This document shows, piece by piece, positions 1 to 12,417 of a DNA stretch of 64,000 nt (position 1 is the stretch's first letter; every line of letters starts with the position of its first letter). The position numbers and the translations under genes were made by a program. The stretch is taken from positions 90,334,001-90,398,000 of the forward strand of contig OX597820.1 in NCBI GenBank assembly GCA_951406725.2, given 5' to 3'. Below the pieces are notes generated by a model that was not told the DNA's origin, did no database searches, and was given only the letters and a program-made list of their open reading frames with translations. This DNA is from Octopus vulgaris. Lineage: Eukaryota.

Positions 1-588
1 TACATATATATGTATATATACATGCATATATGGGCACAGGGAATCACAACAACGTTGAATACAATGAGAAACGAAAACATAAAAACAAACACATAGAAAA
101 CGAACTTTTTCGAACAACGAAAAAAAACCAGAGAAATGAAACATGCAACATAAAGACAATTCTTCTTCTTCAGTTGTCCTTGCTTCATCTACTCCGCGTT
201 TCGAAATAGGTCTTTATATGTGTATATATACATATATGCATATACATACACATACACACGTACAGATGCTCACACGCATCGAGCACGCACGCACAACACA
301 CACACACACACACACACACATGGGTGAATACACGTCGCGCACACACATATACACATATAGAGAAAAGCTCCTCTAACTGACTCGGTTAACAGTGCATATA
401 GAAGTCCTATACAAACTGCTCCTACAGCTGAAATCCAGAAGATCTCATTGATGAAATTATTTTATTGAAAGCATATACTTGAAAATGTAGATACTTAGAT
501 AAGTCTCTGCCAGAACTGGCGCAGTATATATTTAACATAATAGTAGCACACTCACACACACAACACACACACACACATATATATATAT

Positions 589-756
589 GTAGGTGTGGCT
601 GTCTGCTAATTAGCTTGCTTACCAACAACATGGTTCAAGGCCCAGTCCAACTGCGTGGCACCTTGGGTAAGTTTCTCCTACTATAGCCTCAGGCCAACCA
701 AAGTCTTGTGAGTGGATTTAGCAGGCAGAAACTGAAAGAAGCCTGTCGTATCTATA

Positions 757-818
<62 letters not shown>

Positions 819-1045
819 TATGTGTGTGTGAATGTTTCTTTGTCTGTGTTCGTTCTCCCACCATCACATGACAACCGATGTTGGTGTTTTCGCATCTCTC
901 TAACCTAGCAGTTCGGCAAAAGATATCGATAGAATGAGAACTAGGCTGGCAAAGAATAAGTCCTGATGTCGATTTGCTCAACTAAAGGCGGTTCACCACC
1001 ATGGCCGCACTCAAATGGCTGAATCAAATAAAAGAATAAAAGAAT
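589..1045 (+). mobile_element. tRNA-derived SINE family A (octopus-type, internal TA/TG microsatellite)
   Basis: Matches copies at 2816, 17004, 18255 and 26518 (ggttc..cccactgcgtggcaccttgg, gaaactgaaagaagcc, ttcggcaaaaga..gatagaat, (taaaaga)n tail). Confidence 0.85.
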
Positions 1046-1198
1046 ATATATATATTTATATATTTCTCGATAAATAGCGTTATATATATCCCTATTTTGT
1101 CGGGACGTTCTGAGTCTGCGCAGTGATCTGATTAGTTAGAGAGAGCAAATCATTAGAAGCACATGCTTCTAGTGAGTTAGGATCTCAGAACAACAGGG

Positions 1199-1272
1199 CT
1201 CTTACCGATGAATTCTCCCTGAGCAAATAAATTATCTTTATTGCTGAAAAGAACGAAACTGCAGTCTAAGAG
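1199..1272 (+). ncRNA. Type I hammerhead ribozyme in a solo pLTR-like fragment (~1060-1440) between TA arrays
   Basis: CUCUUA-CCGAUGA-a UUCU..AGCAAAUAAA/UUUAUUGCU..AGAA c-GAAA-CUGCAG-UC-UAAGAG: 6-bp stem I, long stem II, palindromic stem III. Confidence 0.75.
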
Positions 1273-1437
1273 GAACCGAGTTAGTAAATGTTTTTATTTT
1301 CATTTCACTAAATTTATCTAGCTTCTGTGTTTCTAGCACACATTTCGCCTTTTAATGTACTGATATATGAATAATATATGGCCTGAGCTAGTTTCACCAG
1401 CGATAATAATTAATTTTATTTTATCGCAATTTGACTT

Positions 1438-1512
<75 letters not shown>

Positions 1513-1713
1513 AAAGAGGATGTGAAAATGCAGATGCCTTTTAAAAATATCTTTAAAAAAACCTCTACATTTTAAAGCCTTCTTTTCTATGTATTTTCAC
1601 TCGTACGGTACCTTGCAAATTAACTTTGTTATATATATTGGACAAAATGAGATAACAAAGCCGAGGCCGTGAGGAGTTTTCAGGACATTTATAAGGAAAG
1701 AGATATAGATATA

Positions 1714-1761
1714 CTCTTACGGCTTTTTCTGGGATATTATGGATATCAGTTCAACAGAGAC
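1714..1761 (-). ncRNA. Degenerate hammerhead-like motif in a TA-adjacent fragment (~1511-2060)
   Basis: UCU-CUGUUGA-acu GAUAU ccaua AUAUC cca-GAAA-AAGCCG-UA-AGA; core mutated. Confidence 0.45.
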
Positions 1762-2369
1762 GATATGAGATGGTTAAACCGAGGTAAATATATGAGTTCG
1801 AAATAAGGAATTATTATGGAAAAGGAGGAGATAGGGAATATAGACGGAAATGAGAGAATGAAAGTAGTAATGAAATATAAAATATTGTAGTTGCAGTTCC
1901 ATTGTAGTTGCAGTAAAGCGGTGTATAGAAGTGGTAAAAACGTTTCCTCTACATGGTATGTAAATTCCAACAGTAGTTCATGTTCAGTCATTTCAAAGTA
2001 TGGAGCTGTGGACAATATTATAACTCCTATTAGCTAATGAAAGACGTGTAATGTGGAATAAATAATACAAAGAATCTCTTATTATGATATGTAACTACGC
2101 TAAAAAAATATTTTCAAGTATTTTTCAAACTTATGCATACTTCTCGCAAATATAATATTTACTTTTGCGTACGGGAGTAAGCAGATTGTGATTAAAATCG
2201 AAAGTAGTCGGATTAGAATCATATCTATATAACTTAATATGTTTGCGTCCCAACTACATGGTTACGTGGTCCGTCCTACTTCGACGCACACTTGGCAATT
2301 GTTTTCTACAATACCCACGGGCCGGCCAAAGCCCTAGGGGTGTGTCTGTTAGACCAGATCTGTCTGTTG

Positions 2370-2670
2370 GACTCCCTATCTTCGATGGGTTCCCCAGTAT
2401 GAGTGTTTCAGCGTATGCCGAACGAACAACACGAGTGACTTGTTTATGTTGATCAAACGTTCGTGTTGCATGTTAGCTCACTCTCCCTCTATGAAATTTC
2501 TTTGCCTGAACAGAAGCACTGAGTACCATGCGTCAGGTGTCGAAGTGATCGTTGAGCAGTGTGAGATGACGTGTTTTACTCAAGAACACAAGGCACTACC
2601 AGATCTAGCAATTGAAACCACGATATCGCGGTCGCGAGTGCAACACTCTAACGACTAGGTCATGCACCCT
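2370..2670 (-). mobile_element. Degenerate tRNA-headed SINE (CORE-like body)
   Basis: Reverse complement: catgacctagtcgttagagtgttgcactcgcgacc..gtggtttcaattg..ttgtgttcttgagtaaaacac. Related remnant at ~20560-20760. Confidence 0.6.
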
Positions 2671-2699
2671 CATCATATCTATATATATATATATACACC

Positions 2700-2742
<43 letters not shown>

Positions 2743-2815
2743 TGAAATGGATAAATGAATTATCTTGTTACGGATTATTCCCTTCACTAAATATATATAT
2801 ATATATATATACATA

Positions 2816-3199
2816 GGTGCAGGAGTGGCTGTGTGGTAAGTATCTCCCTTATCAACCACATGGTTCCGGGTTCAGTCCCACTGCGTGGCAACTTGGCAAG
2901 TGTCTTCTACTATAAGCTCGGGCCAACGAAAGCCTTGAGTGGATTTGGTAGATGGAAACTGAAAGAAGCCCGTCGTATATATGTATATGTATATCTGTGT
3001 GTGTGTGTTTGTGTGTATGTGTTTGTCCCCCCAACATCGCTTGACAACCGATGCTGGTGTGGTTACGTCGCTGTAACATAGCGGTTCGGCAAAAGACACC
3101 GATAAAATAAGTACTAGGCTTACAAAGAATAAGTCCTGGGGTCGATTTGCTCGTCTAAAGGCGGGGCTCCAGCATGGTCACAGTATAAGAGTAAAAGAG

Positions 3200-3201
<2 letters not shown>
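2816..3201 (+). mobile_element. SINE family A, well conserved
   Basis: A box tggctgtgtgg, B-box-like ggttcagtccc; same body and tail as the other copies. Confidence 0.9.
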
Positions 3202-3232
<31 letters not shown>

Positions 3233-3845
3233 GGATATGGATATGTGTATATGTGTCCTTGTGTTTTTATTGCAATTATTAAAAAGTAAACATTTCCGAT
3301 CACCAAACTGGGACGGAAGCATGACTTTTGAATGACTAGATGTGAAAGGCAAGCTGCATTAACCACGAATGAGTCTTGTAGGTTTCTGTCCATGTATGTC
3401 TGTCCTTATTGTCGGTGTTATAATACTCCGCTGAATATTTGTGATAATGAAAGTTGTAAGAAAACAACATATATTTCTTATAAGATCACCGTCGTGACCT
3501 AGGCTCAATCTGTCATCAGCTATCGTGATTTATCAGAAATACTTGCATGCTTTGTTTCTTTTGCTACTTTCTCATATATCTTTGACCGCCATTGACAAGT
3601 GTCTGGTATAGGATATGTGGTCAGTGAGGGTGTTGGGTGACATACTAATAAGAACACTCACATCAGCAGCTACACTATTCCCAGAAACACTACGTGGATG
3701 AGTCTACTCCACCTCATACCTGACAGAAATAGTAAATGTGTGTCCCAGAGCACTAAATGTACTATCTTCATTAAAAGTAAAAGCAGCTTGCTTTGAAGAA
3801 GTTATACACTCCTATACATATGTGTATATATACATACACACATAG

Positions 3846-3877
<32 letters not shown>

Positions 3878-4570
3878 GATATATTAATATAAATAGCAGT
3901 CTGATTGGTGTTGCTACTGTAATTACTACTACTACTACTACTACTACTACTACAAACGTCGCTACTGTCACCCCTTTTGTTGATGATACGCAATTTGTTG
4001 CTAATTTGCTTTCTGTTACATATACAAACACCTTTGCTACGAGTCTAGAAATATAAATAAGTTTAGCCTAACATGCAATTAATTAAATTAAAAAAAGAAT
4101 TGACATATACTAAATGGAAATACATACCTATGTATAAACACGCAAGTGGTCATCCCTCCTTCTCTCTACTTTTCTCTCTCTGTCTCACTTTCTCTCTTAC
4201 TCTCTGTCACTCACACATTCAATCTTACCGATAGACATACCCAAATACGCAGGTGACATTAGCGAGATCTTCACATGTATCAGTCATTGCCTGGATTTAA
4301 ATTAGATTCCAGAATGTGGAAACTCTGCGGCGGCTGAAAGTTTAAACAAACACGGATGGTGATGCTCAGTGAAAGATACATTTCGGCATGGATCGTGTGT
4401 CTCAGATTACGCTGGGCACAATCAAGAAAAAATACAGAGAATAAACTTAAAATCAGAAGTGAGAAGCATAAACCCATATCGGGCAGAAAGTCATTGCTTG
4501 TTTCGTTTATTATACTCTATACATCCGGCAGTTAAATTGCCTTTTGTGTTATACATCGTGTACAATAGAT

Positions 4571-4950
4571 GGAGGCGCAATGGCGCAGTGTTTAGGGCAG
4601 CGGACTCGCGGTCGTAGGATTGCGGTTTCGATTCCCAGACCGGGCGTTGTGAGTGTTTATTGAGCAAAAACGCCTAAAGCTCCACGAGGCTCCGGCAGGG
4701 ATGATGGTGATCCCTGCTGTACTCTTTCACCACAACTTTCTCTCACTCTTACTTCCTGTTTCTGTTGTACCTGTATTTCAAAGGGCCGGCCTTGTCACTC
4801 TCTGTGTCACGCTGAATATCCCCAAGAACTACGTTAAGGGTACACGTGTCTGTGGAATGCTCAGCCACTTACACGTTAATTTCACGAGCAGGCTGTTCCG
4901 TTGATCGGATCAACCGGAACCCTCGTCGTCGTAACCGACTGAGTGCTTCC
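4571..4950 (+). mobile_element. tRNA-derived SINE family B with TSD
   Basis: A box tggcgcagtg, B box ggtttcgattcc; TSD acaata(g/t)at at 4562-4570 and 4951-4959. Fragments of the family at ~42300-42435 (+) and ~52610-52660 (-). Confidence 0.85.
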
Positions 4951-5039
4951 ACAATATATGGTATGTAAAATGTTACTCCCAGACTGGGCGCAATATTTCA
5001 CATCGATCATACATGAATTTTGTGGGATGAAATACCTAA

Positions 5040-7130
5040 GCGAGGAATAAATATCTGCTAACTTGAACAGGAAGACTAGTTAGTATTGAGATGAAGCTGA
5101 AGATTTAATATGTTCTCAAGTAAGAAAGAATTGCTTCTCGAAAAAGAAAACAGAAAAGGTTACAAGACGCAACGAAAATTTTAGGAAAACAAAAATAAGA
5201 AATAAGTGGAAATTTTACCGGTGAGTGTGTTCCATTATGAGGCATAAAATGAATCTCCCCAGACTAAACAGAACTTACTCTGATTTTATTTCTAATTGGA
5301 GTTATCGTGCGTACACTGCTCCGTGAACTAAGGGGCAATAGATATACTCGTTTCTGTAAACAAGAAACAAAGAAAACTTACTTAATAGTATGGAGTCATA
5401 TAATTTATTGGAAATAGAGTCTTCGCAAATTGCTACACCGAGTTTCATGTTTCATATCATCTTTGTACTATTATGAAAATTAAAACATAATATTGAATGC
5501 GTAGAAAATACTCAAAATGCTTAGAATAATATGACTGCTACTGTAATATTGATTAAATTACACGGAAATCTCTTTCAATATTGATATTACACAAATATAT
5601 GCTCCTACGCAAAAACTGAGTGACTGAAGAGGTAGTAGAAATTTAACAAGAAATTCAAAATTTAATAAAATAGCTAACAGCTGTAGAACCTACAACTGTA
5701 ATCAGAGATACTAATGCAAGTCGCTGGAGAAGCATCAATATAACAAATCAATAGAAATTAAATGAAGGAATGAAATCTCTAAGTGACATTTCCATTTCTA
5801 TCAAAGATATACAATGAATCACCAGTACTATATTCGAGCAACGCCCAAGAAGTGTGCAGGTGATATAGCAAGAAATTTAATTGACTAACTACCGAGAAAC
5901 CAGTGACTGAGAAACAATGTGTAAATTGTTAGAATATGTGATGGATCCGATATATTCCAGACAATAATCCAGTGCTAATTAAATTATAAGCATGGAAATG
6001 GTTAAATGGCGAGAACAATTAGCTTAAACGTGCTAGAACAGACTGGTTAATATAAAATGGAAATACGATAAAGTATATTTACATAATGAAGAAGGAATAG
6101 AAAACTATATAACAAAGAATAAAATATAATAATGGAGAAAAATGTAGCGCAATGGAAACTTTTATACAAATATTATGAGAGCAAACAATGGCTGAAAGGG
6201 GAAAAGAGTAAAAGTGGATAACCGATGAAATTCTATTAAAATGACAAGAAGAAATTATAGAAATAAAGTAATGTACATATAAAACCTTTAAACAAAGATC
6301 TGCTTTGAATGAAGGAAGAATGGCTGGATGATTAGCAAATTCCATGAAGTTGAAAAGCTTAATAACTAGCATAAATTCAACCAAATGTGTGGTAAAAATA
6401 AATGAGATCGCTTACAAGGAAAAACTCAGTTAACAAAGTGAGAAAAAATGGGAAACATACTGTTTGATCATGAGCAGATTGCATGTGGATGAACTGAATA
6501 CAGAAATGAACTGAACGATGATGAACGCAGACCGCCTATGGTCAATTTCAAAGCAAGCTTGTAATGGAAATGAAATCGTAAAAGAAGAGGTACAAAGGCA
6601 TTGAATTCAATGGGAAATGGAATGGCAACTGGGGCAGATGAAATAACAGAAGCATTTGCAGCATCAGATAATCACAATTTAGATCGAATATGAACTTCGT
6701 GTAAAATAACAAAGAAAGAAAAAAAATAAAAAAATAGGACGTGTACCAATCGAGATGAAAAAATCTAGCTTTCTTTTTTACTAAATATACCAAATGTTCA
6801 AACCTGATCAGCGTTTAAAACTATATACCGAATCAGTCATGTGGCAGAACTTGGTAAAACTACCCATCATATAAATTGCTTTAAAATCTACTCATCATAT
6901 AATTGGATTAAGAGTAAATTAAGCAATCAACCATTAATAGCATCTCCTGGAAAATATTTAAGCTAAGAACTTTATGTAAAAGTACTTTGAATAAATTTGA
7001 GTTTACTTCAAATACTTTATAAACTATAACAAGATATTTGGCATGGAAAGATGATCGATTACATCAGAACACGAGATATGCAATTGAAAGCAATGCAACA
7101 TTCCTTTAGACTCTCTTTTGATGAAAATAC
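5040..7130 (+). mobile_element. Highly decayed RTE-like LINE (APE to early RT)
   Basis: Scattered remnants ICSYA..E..EE, RDTNA, DNNPVL, ITDEIL, NG.ATGADEI, ISHVA; many stops. Confidence 0.5.
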
Positions 7131-7266
7131 TGTCCTTCTATCTAACAGTGTGTACATGTGCGCGCACGAGTGCGAGTGTGAGTATGTATACGTGTGTATT
7201 CTTTTACATGCTAACTTAAATCCTACATAGTAGGATTTTTGTCATTTTGGTCGTTTCCTCACAGGG

Positions 7267-7319
<53 letters not shown>

Positions 7320-7850
7320 TTTATCAGATATATGGGCCCTCTAACTATTGATTCAACGATTTGATGGAGACGCATCTCTCGTAATTTTCAACAATTTTGG
7401 TGCTGCTTGTTTAATTTCAAGCACTTAACTATTAAGTTTATTCCTGATAAACTATTTGATGACACTAATTTTCATCTAGTATTACTTCCCATTCCTATTC
7501 TTTTTGGCAGTCATCTACACTAAAGTTTTAGAAATGCTTTTGTTTGTCGTCTACATACTGTATATAAAATTAAATATATTTGACAGTTCAAAAGTTGATA
7601 TATAATGGGTGGACTTATTTCCAGTAGATAAGTTCTCTGATGTTCATGTTTTCTTAGGCAAAAATTTGATAATGTCTCCCATTTAAGGAAAAAGAACTGG
7701 CAGCTAAGCCTTTAAGTGGTAACGACTAAAATAAAGGAAATCGTGTTTTATTGTTAATTTACTAAGAAGCGAACGTTTGGCTTGCAGCATGTCAATAACT
7801 CAGAGAAATATAGTACTATATTTAAAAGATGAGGGCCCAGTAAGAGTTTT

Positions 7851-8850
7851 CTTCTGGTCGAGTAGCCCATCCCACTCAAAAGGTCTCTGAATAAGGATCG
7901 TTTAAGGATGTTGAACGAAACACCCATGTTTCCAGCGGTGAATTATTCAAACCCCAAAGAATACCTCTCAACACATGGCTATGATGCTCCCTCACTACTT
8001 CTGCTCGTGATCACAGATGCACATATCATCAGCCACTAAGGGACATGCTCAACTGGTTATGGTCAAACAACTGGCAAGCAAATCTGTGGTATTGAGCAGA
8101 ATATTTTCTGTAGCCCATCTTTTATACCAAGACAAAACAATGTACATGATAACATTTACCTGTGAATTTGCGTGTGTAATCTGGGAATGCACGCAATGAG
8201 CTTCTCTGACCTAGGTTTACGGAAAATACTCGGTGAGAAATGGAAGAAAATTTTAAGAAGGAAGGAAAAAAATATAAATAATAATAATGATAGTAATTCT
8301 CTGATGCAGTGCCAGGCCGTGGCTTTCATGGCTTCTGATCTTAACTGATTGGAAGTGTTATGATAAACATTGTTTCGTCTTGGTATTTAAAGATATGCTA
8401 CAGTAAATATTCTACTTAATATCACAAATTTGCTTGTCATTTCTTTTACCTCAACCAGTTGAACATGTTGCTTAGTGGCTGACGATATATGCATTTCTGA
8501 TTACGGACAGAAGTAGTGGGGGAGAATTATAGCTATGTTTTGAGAGGAATTCCATGGGCTTTGAATAATACACCTCTGAAAATATGGGTGATTTGTTCAT
8601 CATACTTAAACCTTACTCAGGGAAACTTTGAGCGGGATGAGCTACTCAACCTAAGGGGAATTCTAACTGGGCCCCAACTGCAAGATCATGCGCTGTATAT
8701 TTTGATATGAGATAACCATATGGCGCACACATGGTTGTGTTGCATGTACCTGGTGTACCCTTATAAACGGGTAGTCATGACGAGCATATTGGGCTTCGTA
8801 TATTTGTACCCCAATGTCACTTTGATGGCATGCACTGCTTTCTCATTCAA
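7851..8850. repeat. Inverted pair of one interspersed repeat (7851-8157 versus ~8356-8660 within an element at 8300-8850 ending in (AAT)n)
   Basis: For example cagccactaagggacatgctcaactggtt versus aaccagttgaacatgttgcttagtggctg; colinear reverse-complement similarity over ~300 bp. Confidence 0.8.
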
Positions 8851-8869
8851 TAATAATAATAATAATTGG

Positions 8870-9350
8870 AATAAGGTCTGAGATTGTGGGGTGAGGCTTG
8901 TCGCTTTCATCGACCCCAGTGCAGAACTGAGATTTAATTCAATGACGACTACAGAATGACAGCAAAGTTGACCACGGCGGGATTTGAACTCAGAACATAA
9001 TGACGGACGAAATGCCACTAACCAATTTACTCAGCCTGCTATCGATTATGCCAAGCTCACCGCCTTAATAATAACAATAAGAACGACGACGACAGCAACT
9101 GCAACAACAATAATAATAATGACTTCACATTTTGGCACAGGGCCAGCAGTGTTGGGAGAAGGGAACAAGTCGATTACATCGACCCAGTACTAAACTGGTA
9201 CTTATTTTATCGACCCTGAAAGGATGAATGTCAAAGTCGACAAATGGCAAAGTTGACCTCGGCTGAATTTGAACTACGAACGTAAAGACAGACAACATGC
9301 CGCTAAGTAATTTTACCGGTGTGCTAACTATTCACCCAGCTCATTGCCTT
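8870..9350 (-). mobile_element. Two adjacent SINE family C copies (~8870-9065, ~9122-9350)
   Basis: atcgaccccagt..ctggtac..gaaaggatga..aaagttgacc..ggatttgaactc motifs, each followed by aat/aac repeats. Further degenerate copies at ~13345-13750, ~20020-20220 and ~53318-53510. Confidence 0.75.
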
Positions 9351-9519
9351 AATAATAACAATAACGACAACAATAGCAACCATAATAATAACAAATAATA
9401 ATTATAATAACTTACACGTATCGTGAAATCCATATATAATCCATGTGAAATCCATTTACAATAATTTATACATGAATTTCGCAGGTTGTCACTGAAATGG
9501 ATTAGTAAAAATTTCAGAC

Positions 9520-9865
9520 AACTTCGATTTAAAAACTGAATGTGATCACTACAACACCTGTGTCATCTCGATTCAAAAACTGAATGTGATCACTACAACA
9601 CCTGTGTCATCTCTTGTGAAAGGTAAGAGAGTCCAGTTTGTTGGACATTGTTGTAGAGCTGAAAAAGAGGTAATTTCTACTCTTCTCCTCTGGAAGCCAT
9701 CTACTCGCAATACCAGAGGGCGCACACTCTCCTACCCTGATGTAATCTCCAGGGATACAGGCATCCAGCAACAGGACCTCCGTAATGCCATGATGGACCG
9801 TGAAGTCTGGCGTAGCATTGTAAATTCAATTGTCTCGACCACGGTGGAACAATGATGATGATGAC
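9520..9865 (+). mobile_element. RTE-like LINE 3' end with (TGA)n tail and a 44-bp tandem duplication at its 5' junction
   Basis: QFVGHCCRAEKEVISTLLLWKP..RGRTLSYPDVISRDTG..DLRNAMMDREVWR; tandem unit 9524-9567/9568-9611. Confidence 0.75.
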
Positions 9866-10434
9866 AACACTTGCTAGACTTTTGCCAACATTAGAAAAGA
9901 TTAGAAGTATGTGGATTTGTAGAATCAAGTAGCAAGCCTTCTCATTAAAGCATTCAGCTCCGTTGACTTCTTGTACAGATTTACCATCGATAGTTTCTTT
10001 GACGATGCATCAGAATTTTTATGAAGACTGTTGCCCCCACCACTCAATTCCATTTGATATGTATCGCAACTCTGCTTTAATCTCCTGTTCCATCACGAAT
10101 AAAAGCTTTTGAACACGAAGTATTGTAAATATATTTTAGATATTTCATTTTTTAAAAATCGCACTGTCACGGCTTCACTTACTAAAATCATAGTTTCATA
10201 GACATTGTCATAAAAAATACATTCACAAAAACACATAAAATCATATACCTGTATGCGTGTTTTACGTACATGCAAAAACACACAAACGCACACGCACGCG
10301 CACACACACATCAATTACATTGAAATATATATTTACACACCTTACATATTTTGAATATAAATAGGCATTAAACGATTCTATATGTTTGGTTATACTAATA
10401 TATAAATATAATACTATGTTTAATTGTACGTATG

Positions 10435-10488
<54 letters not shown>

Positions 10489-10490
10489 TA

Positions 10491-11324
10491 TATAGAGTGT
10501 CGCCTTCTAATGTTTTTAATTTCGCGCATGCCCATTTTTTGTTTATAATTTTGTCGATTACACAGTATAGTAGGGTCAGTTGGGCACCGCCTGTGAGATA
10601 AACAACACCATAATGCAATTCACTCTGCCAGAAATTTGGAAACGTCATGCTGTTTTCTTGGCATTCACGTTGGAAGCTCCAATTCGAACATTTAAGAGAG
10701 TTTCGATGTCAATCTGAGGACAGTGCAATCCATGGCATGTACTGAGAGTGATGAGTATCAAACATCCAGTCAACATCATGGTGTTTGGAGTGATCACTAG
10801 TGGTGGCGACGTTATGCCTCTATTCATCTTCTCACGCGGCTTCTGAACCAAGTGCCTGGAGGAGGTTATGCTACCCTGGGTGAAGGCGGTAGTTGCTGGA
10901 AGATCCTATGTCTGGCAAAATGGCTCTGTAACGTGCCACACAAGCAGGAAACTCCAGCCATGGCCGTCAGATAATTTCTGCAACCACATCACACCTAACA
11001 TCTTGCCACCTAACTCCCCAGATTGCAACCCCCTTGATTATTACGTGCGGGGACCAAAGATATCCCTTGTAACAAAAAAGATGAACTGAAGGTAAGGATT
11101 ATGGCAGCATTCACCAACTTAAACAGGGAAACCGTCCAGAAGGATTGCACGATATACTTAAGTTGTCTGGAGGCCGCATTTGAGGCCAATGGCGATTATA
11201 TTGAATAAATTTACAGTTTCGTGTTTCAAGATATTCTTCTGTAATATTCTTAAATGTATATGTTAAAATGAGATGTTACTGTTATTCTCTTTTTGCGTAA
11301 TTTAGACGCAATACACCAACTGTA
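10491..11324 (+). mobile_element. Internally deleted Tc1/mariner-superfamily element (maT/DD37D-like)
   Basis: KHPVNIMVFGVITSGGDVMPLFIF, YVWQ..S..CHTSRK, PPNSPDCNPLDYYV; degenerate terminal inverted repeats. Confidence 0.75.
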
Positions 11325-11334
11325 TCACTACCTG

Positions 11335-11421
<87 letters not shown>

Positions 11422-11443
11422 TTATCTGTCTGTCTATCTATCC

Positions 11444-11483
<40 letters not shown>

Positions 11484-11490
11484 GTGTATG

Positions 11491-11523
<33 letters not shown>

Positions 11524-11556
11524 ATATATTACAAAACCCATATATATTACATATAC

Positions 11557-11620
<64 letters not shown>

Positions 11621-11657
11621 GTATATATATGTATATATATGTATGTGTGTGTGTGTG

Positions 11658-11689
<32 letters not shown>

Positions 11690-11690
11690 C
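11335..11690. repeat. Compound microsatellite (CTAT)n/(TA)n/(TG)n
   Basis: Read directly; representative of dozens of (TA)n, (CA)n and (TATG)n arrays in the window. Confidence 0.98.
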
Positions 11691-11793
11691 ATATCAATAT
11701 CAGGGTAGCAAAAAATTCAAGAGAATTTTTTCGCCACCAGCGGTCCAGTGAGAAAGAAAAAAATAGTCAACAAACTATATATAATATACATTC

Positions 11794-11982
11794 AACAATA
11801 TTAAGGAATGGCCTTGATAGGCCATTCGACCCACTAGAAAGAGCAACTAAACTCAAACCGCTAAATAGTTGTAATTCAGAAATCAAACCCTTAGATTTCT
11901 GAATTACAACTATTTAGCGGTTTGAGTTTAGCTGCTCTTTCTAGTGGGTCGAGTGGCCTATCAAGGCCATTCCTTAATATTG

Positions 11983-11984
<2 letters not shown>
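11794..11984. repeat. 91-bp-arm palindrome, 9-nt loop, 2 mismatches
   Basis: Arms 11794-11884 and 11894-11984 are reverse complements. Confidence 0.95.
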
Positions 11985-12043
<59 letters not shown>

Positions 12044-12373
12044 CATGCATACATATACACAGACATATTCAAAGACAGACGGATAGATACATAGATAAAT
12101 AGATGGATAGATGCACACAAAACCTTGTATTAGGTTACATTTCTTCTCTGAAATATAAAGAACTTTGATATATTCTTAGACGATGGTTCACGGAAAAACT
12201 AGCTTGCTTGGTTCATCTTTTATTTAAAAAAGGCCTTCATATCAGCACCGTGCCATCTACTTACCCGATACCAGTGAAGACCTAATATGAATAAGTAAAA
12301 TTTTCAATCTTCAGCGGGACTGATGATCTTTCAATTCTTTATAATTTATGAAACATAATATATATATTATGGT

Positions 12374-12417
<44 letters not shown>

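Noticed and set aside
4571-4645. tRNA gene
   Set aside because: A and B boxes are present but no complete cloverleaf; it continues into a SINE body with a TSD.
12300-12340. CTGATGA/CTGAAGA hammerhead core
   Set aside because: No compatible stems I-III.
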